Assembly: GCA_965218435.1 (NCBI GenBank)
Contig: CBDCKW010000009.1
Span: 3,648,001-3,712,000, forward strand
Direction of reading: 5' to 3'
DNA length: 64,000 nucleotides
From: Truepera sp.
GTDB lineage: Bacteria; Deinococcota; Deinococci; Deinococcales; Trueperaceae
This document shows positions 30,202 to 38,632 of the stretch, piece after piece. The notes beneath the pieces are model-generated. The model made no database searches. It saw nothing but the letters and a program-made list of their open reading frames with translations, and was not told the origin of the DNA. Both the position numbers and the translations under genes were made by a program. The number at the start of each line of letters is the position of its first letter. The stretch's first letter is position 1.

Positions 30202-30662
30202 TGCTCTATGTCGCACTTTTTGAACCGGAAATCGCCGGAAACGTCGGCAATATCGCCCGTACTTGCGTGGCGGTCGGCGCTGAGCTGCATCTGATTCGCC
30301 CTTACGGGTTTCGCCTCACCGACGAGGCGGTGCGCCGCGCCGGGATGGACTACTGGAAAGATACCAAACTCGTCCAACACGCTTCGTTCGGGGCGTTTCA
30401 GCAGCTATTTAGTAAAGCTTTTGAGCAGAACCAGGTCTTTGCCTTTACCACCAAAGCTAAGGGCTATCACAGCAGCGTTAGCTATCAGGCGGGCGATGTA
30501 TTACTGTTTGGGCCGGAGTCAAGGGGCCTACCCGAAGTCGTGCGTCAAAGCTGTGTACAGGTGCGAATCCCCATGCACCCCGAGGCGCGTTCGCTCAACC
30601 TGGCGGTGAGTGTCGGCGTCGGGGTGTATGAAGCGTGGCGGCAGCTGAGCTACGCCGAGTAG
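30201..30662 (+). CDS. trmL: tRNA (cytidine/uridine-34 2'-O)-methyltransferase (SPOUT)
   Basis: PEIAGNVGNIARTC, RRAGMDYW, FGPESRGL, RSLNLA. Confidence 0.9.
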   Translation: MLYVALFEPEIAGNVGNIARTCVAVGAELHLIRPYGFRLTDEAVRRAGMDYWKDTKLVQHASFGAFQQLFSKAFEQNQVFAFTTKAKGYHSSVSYQAGDVLLFGPESRGLPEVVRQSCVQVRIPMHPEARSLNLAVSVGVGVYEAWRQLSYAE

Positions 30663-30664
30663 TT

Positions 30665-31846
30665 TCAAGAACTTGTTACTTGAATTTCCTGGTCTTCTTT
30701 CGGCAGTGTGAACAAATTTTTGCCTTGTGAGTCAAATAATTCAAGATAGAGTGTGAACCTATATATCCTATTTCTTTGGTTACCTGTTATCTCTTCGATA
30801 AAGCCGAGCTTCGTCAGCTGCGCGGTGAGTTTGTTCGCTGTAACGTAGGTACATTTAAGATGCGCCGCAGCCATCTGAACGCTAAAGATCGGCTGCTCGA
30901 AAAAGAACTCGAGCAAGCTCAGAGCATTGGCGTTGTTTCTCAATTGGTCGCGGCAAGATTCTCTCAGCGAAAGAATTTTGCGAGCGGTTTCTACAGCTTC
31001 TTGACTCACAGTGCGGACACCCGTCAGAAAAAACCTGAGCCAGCCCTCCCAATCGTCATCATTTCGAATTGCCGTGAGCCTGTCATAGTACTGGGCTCTA
31101 TGCGCTTTTAAGTAGTGACTAAGATAAAGGAGAGGCCGTTCCAATGCTCCCTGCTCACATAACAGAAGCGTTACCAGCAGACGTCCTACACGACCATTAC
31201 CGTCTGAAAACGGGTGAATGGTTTCAAACTGTGCGTGCGCAAGGCCACACTTTACCAGTAAAGGAAAAGAGTCTGTGCTGTGCAAAAACTTTTCCAGGTT
31301 ATCAAGTGCTACGAGCATCTCGTGAGGCGGCGGAGGAACAAAATCGGCGTTTTGAATAGTTGAGCCTTGCGCACCAATCCAGTTTTGTGAGCGCCTGAAC
31401 TCACCCGGCTGTTTTGTTTCGCCTCTAACGCCTTTAAGAAGTTCAGCGTGAATTTCCCTGATAAGCCGCAAACTTAGAGGTAGGGTCTCGAGCCTCTCAA
31501 GACCGTAATTCATGGCGCTGATATAGTTAATGACCTCTTCTAAATCACCTGGGTAAGGCGTTTCCCGGTCAGCTGCTTCAAACAGCAAAACGTCCTCGAG
31601 CGTTGTGTGTGCTCCTTCGATTTGAGAACTTAGAACGGCCTCTTGGCGCACATACATTGCTACAAACAAATCTGGGTTGGGCAAAATAGAAGTTACGCCG
31701 TCCAGACGGGCTAGAGCTCTATCTGCTTGTGAAAGAAGGCGGCTCACCTCGGAGCTGAGATTTATAGGGAGCTTAGGCGGTAATGGCGCTGGGATAAAAG
31801 CGGTATAGCCGCTCGGTTGTTTTATAAAGTGCCCCGCTTTTGACAT
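30665..31846 (-). CDS. Fic family protein (class II) with C-terminal HTH
   Basis: HPFSDGNGRVGR Fic motif; N-terminal SSQIEG inhibitory motif; likely start MSKAG at 31846. Confidence 0.9.
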   Translation of the reverse strand: MSKAGHFIKQPSGYTAFIPAPLPPKLPINLSSEVSRLLSQADRALARLDGVTSILPNPDLFVAMYVRQEAVLSSQIEGAHTTLEDVLLFEAADRETPYPGDLEEVINYISAMNYGLERLETLPLSLRLIREIHAELLKGVRGETKQPGEFRRSQNWIGAQGSTIQNADFVPPPPHEMLVALDNLEKFLHSTDSFPLLVKCGLAHAQFETIHPFSDGNGRVGRLLVTLLLCEQGALERPLLYLSHYLKAHRAQYYDRLTAIRNDDDWEGWLRFFLTGVRTVSQEAVETARKILSLRESCRDQLRNNANALSLLEFFFEQPIFSVQMAAAHLKCTYVTANKLTAQLTKLGFIEEITGNQRNRIYRFTLYLELFDSQGKNLFTLPKEDQEIQVTSS

Positions 31847-32019
31847 AAGTGTCCGCCTCTTCCAGCCTTGTTTTACTGCTCTATAACAAGGCAATTACGA
31901 GAACAATTATATTATACAGAAACGCTTTTTATTAAAACAATACCGCTTATGGGCGGCGTGGCGGCAGCTAGGGTTTTGAGCTCTTATTCCTTCCACGGTT
32001 GCCATATCGCATCTTCATT

Positions 32020-32942
32020 AGACCTCCGGCGAAAGTCACACAATGGCTTGTAGATCATGGTTGTAGAGAGCAGCAATGAGATTAAGCCGAAGTCCAAAGC
32101 GCCTGCGCCGATGACGATAGGTTTCTTTGAGGATACGCCAGACCTTAAGCTTACGAATGACGTGTTCAGCGAGGATGCGTTCTTTAGCTAGGATGCGGTT
32201 ATGTAGCTGTTGCTCTGGGGTAAGTACGTTACCCTTCCAACGTTTATGCGGGGTACGGCTTTTGGGATGAAGCTTAGCCACGCCCTGAAAGCCGCTATCA
32301 GAAAGAAGTTCGGTGTTTGGCGCGAGCACCGTAGCGCAGCGGCTTTGTGTCAATAACTTGAAGTCGTGTGCTCGGCCTTTGCCATAAGCCGTACATAGGA
32401 TGCGCTGACTGTTTTGTGCAACAAATACTTGGCTCTTTTGCGTGTGTCGTTTCTTCTTACCCGAGTAGTAACGCCGCTACCCTGCCGCTGCGCTTGGGGC
32501 ACTTTGTTTTTTTGGGACGTTCAACCGGCGACTCGGCAATATCCACTACCACAACTTCTAGCGTCTGGTCGTCACGCAACGCTTTGCGTCCCGGCAGTGT
32601 GAACTTACCCGAGCTGATGAGGGCGTCTTCGACGCGTTCTATGGTGCGCCGCACGGTGCTCTCGTCTACGCCCCAATCTTCTGACAAGTGAAAGTGGGTT
32701 CGGTATTCTCGTAAAAACGATAGGGTCAGTACAAGTTGGTCTTCAAGACACAGCGCGGGAGTTCGTCCGCGTTTCTTCTTCCGCCCCTCTCTCGCTTTAA
32801 GTAACTCCAGCATCGTTCTGAAAGTGGTGGGCTTGACCCCAAGTTTGCGTTTGAACTTCTCAGGTGACAACTTTAGACTCCGTGCTGTTTGTTCGCGCAT
32901 CTTTACATGTTGTCATCTTCGAGCTACTTTCGCCGGAGGTCT
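32020..32942 (-). mobile_element. IS5 family (ISL2/IS702-like) insertion sequence, 923 bp
   Basis: 17-bp perfect IR AGACCTCCGGCGAAAGT (32020-32036 / 32926-32942); 3-bp TSD ATT (32017-19 / 32943-45). Confidence 0.92.
32036..32900 (-). pseudogene. IS5-family transposase in two frames, C-terminal frame interrupted by a stop
   Basis: HTH part (LREYRTHFHLSEDWGVDESTVRR) then, after the A7 run, RRYYSGKKKRHT..DSGFQG..RILAEHVIRKLK; TAG at 32479-32477 blocks the join. Confidence 0.82.
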
Positions 32943-33243
32943 ATTAGGTAGCGGGTAGCCGGACGTTTTGAGTGCCAGCAAAATTTGTCCCCGATGATGC
33001 GCGTCGTGAACCATCATGTGAATGAGGTAAGCGTCGGCGCTGGGATAGGGCGAGGTGCCGGTATTTCCCCCGGCTACAGCGTCTTGAACGGCAGCAGCGG
33101 TTTGTGCCAACACGTCTTTGATACGCGCCAAGTCGGTTTCAGGGACGAACGCTCGAGCGTCCCCTTCAGCTAAATCTTCCCGAAGGGTAAAGTGGTCGGG
33201 TAACGTTTCCAGTCCTTCGTCAAGCTGTACGCCTCGGTATTTA

Positions 33244-33819
33244 GTTTAGCGTGAAAACCCACCGTCTTTGGCGGTGGTGATGTAACGTCGGCTATGCCTT
33301 ACTGTTTCGCCTGGGACACATAGGTCGTACCCTAAGGCGTGGGGAAGTATAGAAAGCTTGCGCACGTTGTCTATCAGTGTAATTACCACATTGTGTGGGT
33401 GCCTAAATACCGTTACCGAGTGCTGACGGGTATGGTCAAAGAGTTGGTTGAGAAGGACGTCCATACGCTTTGTGAGTGGCGCTCTGTAGAAGTAATAGAG
33501 CTGAGTGTTCAAGCCGATCACATCCACTTGGTTTGTTCAATTCCTCCCAAGTTGTCAGTATCGGATTTCATGGGATTTCTCAAAGGGAAGCTTGCCATCA
33601 AGTTGTTCAAAAGCTAGCCAGGCTTACGGAAGAAACCATACTGGGGGAATCACTTTTGGACACGCGGTTACTTTGTCAACACTGTAGGTATAAACGAAGA
33701 CCTGATCCGTCGTTATGTGAAGTACCAAGAGAAGCGCGAAAAAGAGGAAGAACGCAATCAGCAGGACTTTCTCTTCTAGAGTCATTTTCAAATCCACCGC
33801 CTCTGGCGGTGGTCGTTTA
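33244..33819 (+). mobile_element. IS200-type element (tnpA only), 576 bp
   Basis: Subterminal hairpins CCACCGTC-ttt-GGCGGTGG (33259-77) and CCACCGCC-tct-GGCGGTGG (33794-812); inserted after TTTA, right end ends in TTTA. Confidence 0.88.
33339..33779 (+). pseudogene. tnpA: IS200/IS605 Y1 transposase TnpA with premature stop
   Basis: YHIVWVPKYR, HUH motif DHIHL; TAG 33615-17, then in-frame PGLRKKPYWGNHFWTRGYF..RRYVKYQ. Confidence 0.9.
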
Positions 33820-34053
33820 ATGATCCCAACGATATGTGCGAGGTGCTGCGCGACGCTGTAGCCGCCGCCCGGTGTGCGGGCTCCCAATCCGAGGTTAGAT
33901 GCCCCAGCAGTGTTTGGTTGACCCTTAGGTTGGCTTGCCACACGGTCTGTACGGGGTTTGCTCTAACAGATTCTGCCTCGAAAGGGTCCATCTCAGCTCC
34001 TTAGCGAAAATGAAAGTGATTTGTGCTGAGAAACAGACCTGAGGCAGTATAGC

Positions 34054-35151
34054 TTATTGGTTGAACGTTGTATCCGGCCCCATCCGCCCGATTGCTGCCG
34101 CAATCAGCTTGATGACGTTTTCCACGTCTTCAGGGTCTACCATCTCATTGGGCGAGTGCATATAGCGGTTGGGTAGGCTCACCACGGCCGTCGGCACACC
34201 GCCCCGGTTTTTGGCGATGTCGTCGGCGTCGGTATAGGTGTGCGCGGGCGAGGTGCCGAACGTGTGCGGAATGTCCTCGGCCTCGGCGGTTTCCTCTAAC
34301 AGCGCCGTCAGGCCGCGATGCGCGTACGAGCCGATGGTTAGTTCTGCGCCCGACCCGAACGGTTTTTCACCCTCGCGTTTGACGTCTACACTCGGGATGT
34401 CGGTCGCGTGCGTCACGTCTACGGCAATGGCTGCGTCAGGTTTAAGGGTGTGCGACGCAATGTACGCGCCGATACCGCCGATCTCTTCTTGGACGGTGCC
34501 GACAGCGGTCACTTCTGCGCCCGACTTGGCGGCGCGGCGAGCCGCGAGGAGCACAATAAACGCCCCGATCCGGTTGTCAATCGCTTTGGAGACGAGCCGC
34601 CCATTGAGGAGTTCTAAAACAGGTTGCTCGATCACTGCAAAGTCCCCGGCCCGCACGTGCTCTTTTGCTTCGTCACCATTTTTCGCCCCGATGTCAATCC
34701 ACAAGTTTTCGATTTTAGAGACTTTGCTGCGTTCGTCGCTCTCCATCAGGTGGATGGGTTTTTTACCGATGACGCCGAGCAGTTCGCCTTTATAGCCGAC
34801 CACGCGGACCCTCTGTCCGACGAGCTGTTGTGAGTCCCAACCGCCGACGCCCTTAAAGTACAAAAACCCTTCTTTGTCAATGTAGGTTACGAGCAAGCCG
34901 ATTTCGTCTAAGTGTCCAGCAAGCATGACGCGGGGATTACCGCCCGCACCAAAGGTCGCGTAGACGTTGCCGTAGCTGTCGCGTTTCACAGACGCACCAT
35001 AGCTTTCGGCTTGCGCCGTGTAGACGTCGGCGGGTTTCGTTTCAAACCCACTTGTACCGGGCGCACTTAGCAGTGCGGTTAAAAAGTCTTTTTCGGTTTG
35101 ATTCACAAAGCGGACTCTACCACGCATAGTTGGGACGGCTGGCAGGGTCAC
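34054..35151 (-). CDS. M42 family metallopeptidase (start probably GTG 35106)
   Basis: AGHLDEIG, KAIDNRIG, VQEEIG, RYMHSPNE. Confidence 0.92.
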   Translation of the reverse strand: MTLPAVPTMRGRVRFVNQTEKDFLTALLSAPGTSGFETKPADVYTAQAESYGASVKRDSYGNVYATFGAGGNPRVMLAGHLDEIGLLVTYIDKEGFLYFKGVGGWDSQQLVGQRVRVVGYKGELLGVIGKKPIHLMESDERSKVSKIENLWIDIGAKNGDEAKEHVRAGDFAVIEQPVLELLNGRLVSKAIDNRIGAFIVLLAARRAAKSGAEVTAVGTVQEEIGGIGAYIASHTLKPDAAIAVDVTHATDIPSVDVKREGEKPFGSGAELTIGSYAHRGLTALLEETAEAEDIPHTFGTSPAHTYTDADDIAKNRGGVPTAVVSLPNRYMHSPNEMVDPEDVENVIKLIAAAIGRMGPDTTFNQ

Positions 35152-35229
35152 AGGTTTATCACATGACGGTAGGACAACCGGGCAGATAGAGGCTTCTACC
35201 TACGCGTTTTAACTTATGATGGGGCCACG

Positions 35230-35763
35230 ATGGAGATTCGATTTGCTCGCCCCGACGATGTACCGGCCATTGCTAAAGTTCATGTGGACAGCTGGCGCAC
35301 GACCTACCGCGACGTGTTGCCGAAGGGTTATCTCAACGACCTCTCGTATGACGCCCGCGAAACGATGTGGGAAGGGTCGTTTGAGGAGGAAAGCACCTCG
35401 TTTTTAATCGTCGCTGAAGACCACGGCAAAGTCGTTGGGTTTTCAGCCGGTGGGCGCGCCCGTCAAGACACACCTGAAGCGAAGGGCTACGGCGGCGAAC
35501 TCTACGCGGTCTATACCTTAGAAACCTACCAGCGGCGTGGGCTCGGGCGGCGGCTCGTCGCCGCAGTTGCTGAAGAGCTAATTGAACGTGGGTTTGACAC
35601 GATGATTACCTGGGTGATTGAAGACAACGCCGCCTGCCGCTTTTACGAGCGGCTCGGTGGGGTGCTGTTAGGCAGCAAAACCGTTGAAATTGCCGATATG
35701 TCGCTCCGAGCGGTGGCGTATGGTTGGGCGGACTCGAGCACCCTCCTCAAACCCGAGGTGTAA
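35230..35763 (+). CDS. GNAT family N-acetyltransferase
   Basis: HVDSWRTTY, YQRRGLGRRL, ACRFYERLGG. Confidence 0.9.
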   Translation: MEIRFARPDDVPAIAKVHVDSWRTTYRDVLPKGYLNDLSYDARETMWEGSFEEESTSFLIVAEDHGKVVGFSAGGRARQDTPEAKGYGGELYAVYTLETYQRRGLGRRLVAAVAEELIERGFDTMITWVIEDNAACRFYERLGGVLLGSKTVEIADMSLRAVAYGWADSSTLLKPEV

Positions 35764-35765
35764 GT

Positions 35766-36323
35766 ATGCTGCACCTACCTGAAAACGTCGCTACGGTCGC
35801 CATCGTTGGCTTTTTGGTGCTCGAGGCTGTACTCAGAAAGGGCAAAGCAGCGAAGTCGTGGCAGAGCGAGTCAGACAGGGGGACGACGTTTCTGCTTCTG
35901 CTGGCCTACTTGGTGATCGGCGCAGCTCTCTCGCTGCGGCTACCGGGTCCGCGACTGATTGTCCCAGTGCAGTGGTTCGGTGTTCTCTTTGCGTTTGCGG
36001 GGCTGGCGCTGCGCGTTGTGGCGTTTCGGACGTTGGGGCCCAGTTATTCACGCACCTTACGCGTCAATCAAGATCAAGCCCTCGTCACTACTGGAATCTA
36101 CCGGCTCGTTCGCCATCCGGGATATCTTTCATCGTTGGTACTCTGGTTGGGCGCAGTTACCGCTTCAGGCTCGCTGGTGGCGGTTTGCACCGTAGCGATA
36201 GCACTTTTCGTTGCCTATATGCGCCGTATCCAAGTTGAGGAAAAGCTACTCGCCGCGTCGTTTGGTGAAGTGTACAAAACCTATCAGCACACGTCTTGGA
36301 AACTTATCCCTTATCTTTACTGA
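35766..36323 (+). CDS. Isoprenylcysteine carboxylmethyltransferase family membrane protein
   Basis: LVTTGIYRLVRHPGY, RIQVEEKLL, LIPYLY. Confidence 0.88.
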   Translation: MLHLPENVATVAIVGFLVLEAVLRKGKAAKSWQSESDRGTTFLLLLAYLVIGAALSLRLPGPRLIVPVQWFGVLFAFAGLALRVVAFRTLGPSYSRTLRVNQDQALVTTGIYRLVRHPGYLSSLVLWLGAVTASGSLVAVCTVAIALFVAYMRRIQVEEKLLAASFGEVYKTYQHTSWKLIPYLY

Positions 36324-36326
36324 TTA

Positions 36327-37349
36327 CTAAACCCCTACGGCTTCGGGTTCTTTAAGTTTTTGCGCAATATCCGCCACTGCCTGCCGCGCGTGCACGAGCC
36401 CGTTTTCGATAAAGACGTCGCTGGTGCGTTCACCGAAACCTGCCGAGCCGATGAAGTAAAGCCCCGGCACGGTACTTTCAAACTTAGCGTTAAGCGTAAC
36501 CGAATGGTCTTGCTCGCTGAAGGTCAGCGGCAGATTCTTCAAAAACCCTCCGGGCGCAGCGTAGTAACCCGTCAGCGCAAAGATCACGTCCGTCGGAATG
36601 CGAATCGTCTCGACGCCCGCATCGGTCTTTTGGTCAATGACGACAGCGGTCGGTGTAATCTCTCGGACCACGCTGTTAAAGTAGGCTTTGATCGAGCCTT
36701 CCTTCACGCGGTTTTCCAAATTCGGCCTGACCCAATACTTAAGCGAGTGCCTAAAGTCTTCACCGCGGTGCACCATCGTCACTTTGGCCCCAGCGCGGTA
36801 CAGCTCTAACGCAGCGTCCGCAGCTGATGAACCTGCCCCAACAATCGTCACGTTGCGGCCCCAGTGCAGGTGCGCTTCGTCGAAGTAGTGCGCCACGTTC
36901 TCCTGGTCTTCACCCGGTACACCGAGCAGCTTGGGCGTGTCAAAGTAGCCGGTTGCTACCGCCACCTTGCGGGCATAGAGTGTCTCCGCAGGTTTATTGT
37001 CCGGGACGACGCTCAGCTCAAAGCTTTCACCTACGCGCCGCACGTCGGTCACGGGGGTGTAGAGCCGGACGTTAAGCCCTTCGCGCTGCGCTACTTTACG
37101 GTAGTACTCCAAGGCTTCGCGCCGCGTCGGTTTGTCGATTGCAGTGACAAACGGATGGTCGCCGACCTCGAGCCTATCACTCGTCGTAAAAAAGGTCAGA
37201 AAGGTCGGCCAGCGGTAGATGGCGTCCACCATCGCGCCTTTGTCTAAAAGCACATACGAGAGTCCGGCGCGCTGGGCATGAATGGCCGCTTCGGTCCCGA
37301 CGGGGCCGGCTCCGACGATGGCGAGGTCGTAAGTAAAGAGGTCAGACAT
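36327..37349 (-). CDS. YpdA-family (bacillithiol disulfide reductase-like) flavoprotein
   Basis: GAGPVG, KPTRREALEYY, ATGYFD, KYWVRPNLENR, VFIENG. Confidence 0.85.
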   Translation of the reverse strand: MSDLFTYDLAIVGAGPVGTEAAIHAQRAGLSYVLLDKGAMVDAIYRWPTFLTFFTTSDRLEVGDHPFVTAIDKPTRREALEYYRKVAQREGLNVRLYTPVTDVRRVGESFELSVVPDNKPAETLYARKVAVATGYFDTPKLLGVPGEDQENVAHYFDEAHLHWGRNVTIVGAGSSAADAALELYRAGAKVTMVHRGEDFRHSLKYWVRPNLENRVKEGSIKAYFNSVVREITPTAVVIDQKTDAGVETIRIPTDVIFALTGYYAAPGGFLKNLPLTFSEQDHSVTLNAKFESTVPGLYFIGSAGFGERTSDVFIENGLVHARQAVADIAQKLKEPEAVGV

Positions 37350-37410
37350 AGCCGTATGGTAGCAAGCTCGTGCAAAAGCGTTCACGTAAAGGACTACACA
37401 CGGTGGTGAT

Positions 37411-37437
37411 CGGTGCCCTGAGCTGTTCGGGGCACCG
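37411..37437 (-). terminator. GC-rich hairpin downstream of small membrane protein gene
   Basis: CGGTGCCC...GGGCACCG; no clear U-tract. Confidence 0.45.
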
Positions 37438-37461
37438 AAGGATCGGCAAGGCGATTCAATG

Positions 37462-37914
37462 TTAAGTGCTCGTCGTTTCTCTTTTGGACGTGTACATCAA
37501 CCAAGCGATCAGGATTCCCATCGCTGCACTCCAAAAGATAAACCCTGCCCCGTGCCGGATATGTTCTTCTGAATTACCGTACCACCCGCTTAAAAAGGTA
37601 AAAACGAGGCCATCTAACAGCATCGCGGCAACGGTTGCCAGCACGACGCCTTCAAAAACCGTCTGCGAAGTCAGCGCCACCACCTTCTTTAAGAACACCA
37701 CCGACGCCCAAGTTAGCGGAATCGTCGCCAAGAACAGGAGTGCACTTCTAACCCCTCCATCAAACGCCCAGGGGATAGACCGAACTACAAAGACGAAGAC
37801 GAGCCATAGAAACACGCCCACCGCTACCGAGCCCACCTTTTGACCTGTGCTTAAAGTACGCACGATCTCGCCCTCTTGCTTGCCGATTTTCCGACCTGTA
37901 CTCGAGGTGTCCAT
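37462..37914 (-). CDS. Small 4-TM membrane protein (DUF5367-like)
   Basis: Four hydrophobic helices, AMLLDGL motif; RBS GGAG before ATG 37914. Confidence 0.65.
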   Translation of the reverse strand: MDTSSTGRKIGKQEGEIVRTLSTGQKVGSVAVGVFLWLVFVFVVRSIPWAFDGGVRSALLFLATIPLTWASVVFLKKVVALTSQTVFEGVVLATVAAMLLDGLVFTFLSGWYGNSEEHIRHGAGFIFWSAAMGILIAWLMYTSKRETTST

Positions 37915-37992
37915 ACCCTCTCCTTTACCTAACTTGGTAGCTGTCCTCCAACGCCAAACGAGATTTTTCACCGGTTGCTTCTTAAACTAAAG

Positions 37993-38547
37993 TCATGATT
38001 TTCCCTCCCGGATCAGGCTTACAAACGCCCCGAATGAAGCGTCTGTACGCCTAAAGTCTTTCGTTACGAGCCGGTCGAGCAGTAAACTCGAAAAGGCGTT
38101 GACGATTAAGTTGGCGGTCGCCTTGTCACAGTCGGTAAGGCGGCTCTGTACGAACGCGGCCCAGTCCTCCAACATCTGCAGGGCAAACGAAGCGTAGAGC
38201 GTGTTGCCGTTTATAGCCTCGACCTCGACCGCGAACAGGAGTTTGACAAAAGGGACGAAACTCTCCGAAGTAAACCGTCCCCAGAGGCTCATCAGCTCGG
38301 CTTTAGTATCACTTGCAGGTTCCGGGCTGCTGCTTAACACAGCGATTTGTTTCCCTTGGGCAAGGTTCAGCGCCGCTACAATCAATTGGTCTTTAGAACC
38401 GAAGTGGTAGATGAGCATCCTGGCGTTGGTACCGGTGGCGTCGGCTAGCGGACGGAGGCTGAAATTGTGAAGACCATTTTTTAGGAGGTACTCGAGCACC
38501 CGCTCGAGTACCTCGGCTTTGATAGTAGGGTCAGAGTCTCTCGCCAT
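37993..38547 (-). CDS. TetR/AcrR family transcriptional regulator
   Basis: SLRPLADATGTNARMLIYHFGSKDQL HTH. Confidence 0.9.
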   Translation of the reverse strand: MARDSDPTIKAEVLERVLEYLLKNGLHNFSLRPLADATGTNARMLIYHFGSKDQLIVAALNLAQGKQIAVLSSSPEPASDTKAELMSLWGRFTSESFVPFVKLLFAVEVEAINGNTLYASFALQMLEDWAAFVQSRLTDCDKATANLIVNAFSSLLLDRLVTKDFRRTDASFGAFVSLIREGKS

Positions 38548-38553
38548 AACTGG

Positions 38554-38579
38554 AACGCTCGTTACGTGTAACAAGTGTT
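38554..38579. promoter_or_regulatory. Putative TetR operator palindrome
   Basis: AACGCTCGTTAC-gt-GTAACAAGTGTT (10/12 match) just upstream of the tetR start. Confidence 0.55.
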
Positions 38580-38632
38580 TCATATCTGGATATAGGTGTC
38601 AAGTTTTGGAAAGCTAACAGCCCCCAGGTTTA

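Larger units (their letters stand above)
31984..33991 (-). pseudogene. DinB/DUF664 family gene disrupted by two IS elements and a frameshift
   Basis: Fragments join as MDPF..LLGHLT / (frameshift near 33890) / GARTPGGGYSVAQHLAHIVGIIK / [IS200] / YRGVQLD..HMMVHDAHHRGQILLALKTSGYPLPN / [IS5] / EDAIWQPWKE*. Confidence 0.85.

Noticed and set aside
33620..33819. TnpB/omega-RNA associated with IS200
   Set aside because: The region is the in-frame remainder of tnpA plus the right-end hairpin; there is no room for tnpB.
32020..33819. Absence of CTCGAG in IS elements as proof of recent foreign origin
   Set aside because: Suggestive only: the elements are short, and host regions such as 4330-9090 and the M42 gene are also depleted.
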